DNA of 49,300 bases, taken from NCBI GenBank assembly GCA_001825155.1, contig MHVH01000006.1:70939-120238 (forward strand). Direction: 5' to 3'. The position numbers were made by a program, and so were the translations under genes. Positions 46,338 to 49,300 of this stretch are shown here, piece after piece. Positions within the stretch are counted from its first letter, which is position 1, and each line of letters begins with the position of its first letter. This DNA is from Candidatus Zambryskibacteria bacterium RIFCSPHIGHO2_01_FULL_46_25. GTDB taxonomy: Bacteria; Patescibacteriota; Minisyncoccia; Phycocordibacterales; Zambryskibacteraceae. A model generated the notes under the pieces. That model made no database searches. It was not told the origin of the DNA and was given only the letters and a program-made list of their open reading frames with translations.

Positions 46338-47609
46338 ATGTCTAAGATAGTTGAAAAATTGGGATTAATTTTCGGAGACCAGGTTCTCCGCAGGCGCATA
46401 TGGTGGGCGCTTGGTCTTCTTGCTGTTACTCGAGTCTTCGCCGTCATTCCAATTCCTGGTATCGACGCTTTGAGGCTCCAGTCGCTCTTCTCCGGCAGTG
46501 AATTTCTGAATCTTTTAAATATTTTCTCCGGTGGCGGGCTCTCTAACCTCTCGATAGTCATGCTCGGAGTCGGTCCGTACATCACAGGCTCGATTATCAT
46601 GCAGCTTATGACTGTCATGTCACCCAAACTCAAAGCAATGTACCAGGAAGAAGGGGAGGCGGGCAGGAAGCGCTTCGCTCAATACTCAAGACTTCTTACC
46701 GTGCCTCTGGCTCTTGTGCAAGGATACGCCTTCATCAAGCTTCTGCAGGGTCAGGCGGTGCTGGGCCAACTGACTATGGGCGAGCTTGCCGTAGATTTGC
46801 TTGTGATTGTCGCAGGCTCGATGCTTCTCGTCTGGATAGGCGAGCTTATAACGGAGTTCGGCATCGGCAACGGTATTTCCCTCATCATCTTCGCCGGTAT
46901 CGTCTCCCAGCTTCCCGCGACACTCTCACAGCTTACCTTCACTTTCGATGTTTCCCAGCTTCCCGTATATGTCGCCGGGCTTGTGGTGGCGCTTCTCGTT
47001 ACCTTCGGCGTGGTGGTGGTAACGGAAGCGGAACGGCCGATACCCATTACTTATGCCAAACAGGTGCGTGGCGGGCGCTCCTTCGGTGGACTCTCCACTT
47101 ACTTGCCGCTTAGGGTAAACCAGGCGGGAGTTATACCGATAATCTTCGCTCTCTCCTTACTTCTCTTCCCTCAAATGATTTTCCAATTCCTGTCGCAATC
47201 GAGCGTTGTAGTTGTCGCCGGTCTCGCGAGCTTCTTTCTCGCTCTACTTGCCAACACTTGGTTTTATACTTCGGCCTATTTCGTGCTCGTAGTGCTCTTC
47301 ACCTACTTCTACACGGCCGTGACCTTCGACCCCGATACCATCTCAACCAATTTGCAGAAAACGGGAGCCTTCATTCCCGGCGTGCGACCAGGACTTTCAA
47401 CTGCTGACTACATTTCCCGCGTACTTACAAGGCTCACGCTTGTCGGGGCGCTCTTCCTCGGCGTAATCGCCATATTGCCTCTCATCTTGCGCTCCATTAC
47501 CGGCATACAGTCGCTCGCCATCGGTGGTACGGCACTTCTCATCGTGGTGTCAGTAGTAATTGATCTAGTAAAAAAGATAGACGCTCAAATTTCAGTGAGA
47601 GAGTATTAA
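46338..47609 (+). CDS. secY: Preprotein translocase subunit SecY
   Basis: LGVGPYITGSIIMQL, GIGNGISLIIFAGI, AGVIPIIFA, FIPGVRPG, GGTALLIVV. Confidence 0.99.
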   Translation: MSKIVEKLGLIFGDQVLRRRIWWALGLLAVTRVFAVIPIPGIDALRLQSLFSGSEFLNLLNIFSGGGLSNLSIVMLGVGPYITGSIIMQLMTVMSPKLKAMYQEEGEAGRKRFAQYSRLLTVPLALVQGYAFIKLLQGQAVLGQLTMGELAVDLLVIVAGSMLLVWIGELITEFGIGNGISLIIFAGIVSQLPATLSQLTFTFDVSQLPVYVAGLVVALLVTFGVVVVTEAERPIPITYAKQVRGGRSFGGLSTYLPLRVNQAGVIPIIFALSLLLFPQMIFQFLSQSSVVVVAGLASFFLALLANTWFYTSAYFVLVVLFTYFYTAVTFDPDTISTNLQKTGAFIPGVRPGLSTADYISRVLTRLTLVGALFLGVIAILPLILRSITGIQSLAIGGTALLIVVSVVIDLVKKIDAQISVREY

Positions 47610-47644
47610 AAACCCTTGTTTTAAGCCTTATTATATAGATTTAC

Positions 47645-47681
47645 TTGACATTTTTCCTGTTTGGGTGTATGATATAAAAAG
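47645..47681 (+). promoter_or_regulatory. Promoter of the DGR target gene (shared TTGGGTGTATGATA module)
   Basis: TTGACA-17-TATGAT. Confidence 0.8.
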
Positions 47682-47755
47682 GACAGTAAGCCAAAGGCAT
47701 TCCGCCTCGTGGCTAGAGCGACACGTTCTTAGGAACAGGTCGCGGGGAGAAGGAC

Positions 47756-48325
47756 ATGTCAATCATGACGAGTCGGCAAGCTTCGGAACTCGACTTCGCA
47801 TTCGAGCGCAACGGGTGGACGTCGGAAGACGTCAAGAGGGTGAGCGGCGGCGATTTGCTCGCCACGCTTCTCCTCGTCGTGCGCGGAGCGGCCGAGGTGG
47901 TGGTGAAGATTATCACTCGCACGGTCAAGGTCGACCGCAGCCGCACCGCGGCCGAGGTGATCGACGCCACGGGCCGGGTCAAGTGGTATATCGACCAGGA
48001 AGCCCTGGCCGAGATGCCGCTCGACGGCAAGTCGGAGGACACAGTCGAGTTCTTTGAGCTCAACTATGACCCTTCCGTCGACGAGCTCGACCGCGAGTAC
48101 GAAGCTCGCGGTCTGCGTCCCGACCCCGCGGCCGTGGCGCAAGCCATGGCCGACGACCCCGCCTTAGCCGACGAGCGCCCCGTTGGTGTTCAGTGGCGAG
48201 ACGCTCGAGATCGAGCTTGCTACGCGATCTTCCACCGCGACGTTAGCGAGCACTACGTCGTCTTCGTCAACCGGTTCGACCACAGGTGGCTTCGGCACTA
48301 CCGCTTCGCGGGCGTCCACAAGTAG
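47756..48325 (+). CDS. DGR target protein with C-terminal variable region
   Basis: SD AAGGA; 189 aa; the last 35 codons align with the TR. Confidence 0.9.
   Translation: MSIMTSRQASELDFAFERNGWTSEDVKRVSGGDLLATLLLVVRGAAEVVVKIITRTVKVDRSRTAAEVIDATGRVKWYIDQEALAEMPLDGKSEDTVEFFELNYDPSVDELDREYEARGLRPDPAAVAQAMADDPALADERPVGVQWRDARDRACYAIFHRDVSEHYVVFVNRFDHRWLRHYRFAGVHK
48218..48322 (+). repeat. DGR variable repeat (VR)
   Basis: Versus TR: 14 of 17 substitutions fall at TR adenines, plus one 3-nt insertion. Confidence 0.95.
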
Positions 48326-48331
48326 CTCCTG

Positions 48332-48367
48332 GGTCTTGGGATTCTAGTTCTTTTGGATCCCTAGACC
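48332..48367 (+). other. Imperfect hairpin just 3' of VR (candidate DGR homing hairpin)
   Basis: GGTCTTGGGATTC ... GGATCCCTAGACC, starting 6 nt after the target stop codon. Confidence 0.5.
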
Positions 48368-48377
48368 TTGGTTCTCG

Positions 48378-48416
48378 GGCCCGGCATTCAGAAATGGATG
48401 TCGGGCCTTTTGTTTT
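48378..48416 (+). terminator. Intrinsic terminator of the DGR target gene
   Basis: GGCCCGGCATTCA-GAAA-TGGATGTCGGGCC (two G-U pairs) followed by TTTTGTTTT. Confidence 0.8.
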
Positions 48417-48644
48417 GCTAAACTAATATCGGTAGTAGGCAAGTGCGGGCGATTAAGGTTCCCCGCCGCTGAATCCAGTATCCATGCATCGAGAATTTCC
48501 TAGACCAAGGTTTTGGAAAGAGTGGTGCATGCAAACTCAAAAAATGAAGATACTTGGTGCGACAAGCTAACGCATTATAATGCGGAATACGATACAGCTC
48601 TGCGAGCATTCAAAGAGCAGTGGCACAGAAGGCTTGTCGCACGA

Positions 48645-48746
48645 TGCTACGCGATCTTCAACCGCAACGACAGCAAGCGCAACGTCAACGTCAACCGGAA
48701 CGACAACAGGTGGAATCGGAACTACCGCTTCGCGGGCGTCCGCAAA
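48645..48746 (+). repeat. DGR template repeat (TR)
   Basis: 8 AAC and 1 AAT codons in the VR reading frame; invariant GC-rich 3' block TACCGCTTCGCGGGCGTCC. Confidence 0.95.
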
Positions 48747-48751
48747 CCTCT

Positions 48752-49160
48752 TCATTTCTCCTCTGCTTTGGCGGGGGAGTTTTGTTTAATCATCTGATTG
48801 AGCCAGCCACCAATCATTTTCCCAACTTCATCTAGCGGTTCTGATATCAAAATATACTTCTTATTATCTATAGACTTTATCTCCCATAGAACCATGAGCA
48901 GAATCTTCAAAACCTCAAGTTTGCGAGAAGAATTTTCTAGGTGTATAGACTGCTTTTCTCTGGGCGAAAAGGTTGCCACAGCAATGCTTTCTATAATTTC
49001 TAAAAATAACTTATCTATCTTATTGCCGAGCGTGTATCGATTTACTTGGGGTAAAATTACATGAATCTTATGCCAAGCGAGATAAACATTTTTGATTCTG
49101 CTCAAAACTCCCGGCAAAACTCGTTGGGGGGGGGCTTTTAAGAGGTTCAGTCATAGACAT
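48752..49160 (-). CDS. avd: Avd-like four-helix-bundle accessory protein; ATG-initiated N-terminus out of frame at the C9 tract
   Basis: YLAW...LPQVNRYTLGNKID...LEVLKILL...LDEVGKMIGGW. Intact frame is 48752..49117 (TTG start); with C8, ATG 49160 gives MSMTEPLKSPPQRVLPGVLSRIKNVYLAW. Confidence 0.85.
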
Positions 49161-49300
49161 GATGATATCATCTCTGTCGAAAATCTTCTCGAGGCCTGGA
49201 AAGAATTCATAAGAGGTAAGAGGGGCAAGAGAGATGTCCAAGAGTTCCAGCTTCATCTCATGGATAATATTTTTTCGTTACATGAAGATTTAAAGAATAA
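49061..49300 (+). CDS. DGR reverse transcriptase, N-terminal part (3'-partial; frameshifted at the G9 tract)
   Basis: DDIISVENLLEAWKEFIRGKRGKRDVQEFQLHLMDNIFSLHEDLKN resembles the N-terminus of DGR/group II-type RTs. Catalytic motifs lie beyond the window. Confidence 0.8.

Larger units (their letters stand above)
47645..49300. mobile_element. Diversity-generating retroelement (target-VR, TR, avd, RT)
   Basis: Adenine-biased VR/TR pair, Avd-like gene and RT N-terminus within 1.7 kb. Confidence 0.92.

Noticed and set aside
48513-48797. 94-aa ORF spanning the TR (NRNDSKRNVNVNRNDNRWNRN)
   Set aside because: It is the TR read in the VR frame; TTG start with no clear SD. Openness is expected from AAC-rich TRs, so it is not called as a gene.

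Overview
Genomic window from a reduced bacterium, most likely Patescibacteria/CPR (Parcubacteria-like). This is inferred from the lack of rpmD/uL30 between rpsE and rplO, shortened PGK/uL3/uL15, two PaaX-like paralogues and many apparently leaderless genes; TGA is used as a stop (code 11). The backbone is tpiA, pgk, recJ, rnhA, a split comEC, rpmB and the str-S10-spc ribosomal cluster through secY, repeatedly interrupted by accessory DNA. Highlights: (1) a diversity-generating retroelement (DGR) at the right end (target 47756-48325, VR 48218-48322, TR 48645-48746, antisense avd, RT running off the edge). avd and RT overlap head-to-head across one G9 tract, and deleting a single G restores ATG-initiated frames for both, which suggests a phase-variable switch (or a homopolymer error). 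(2) Two PaaX/Cas2-like genes, each bracketed by its own pair of 36-bp palindromic direct repeats with shared arms and a cassette-specific core. (3) A two-gene graspetide RiPP locus. (4) Two insertions flanked by synonymously recoded duplicates of host gene ends (tpiA 5' end, comEC 3' end). (5) Candidate structured ncRNAs, a shared promoter module, in-frame palindromic inserts in EF-G, uL3, RecJ and HIT, four toxin-antitoxin loci (one with an internally deleted toxin), and a radical SAM gene broken by one TAG. All calls come from manual reading of the sequence; no database searches or folding programs were run.
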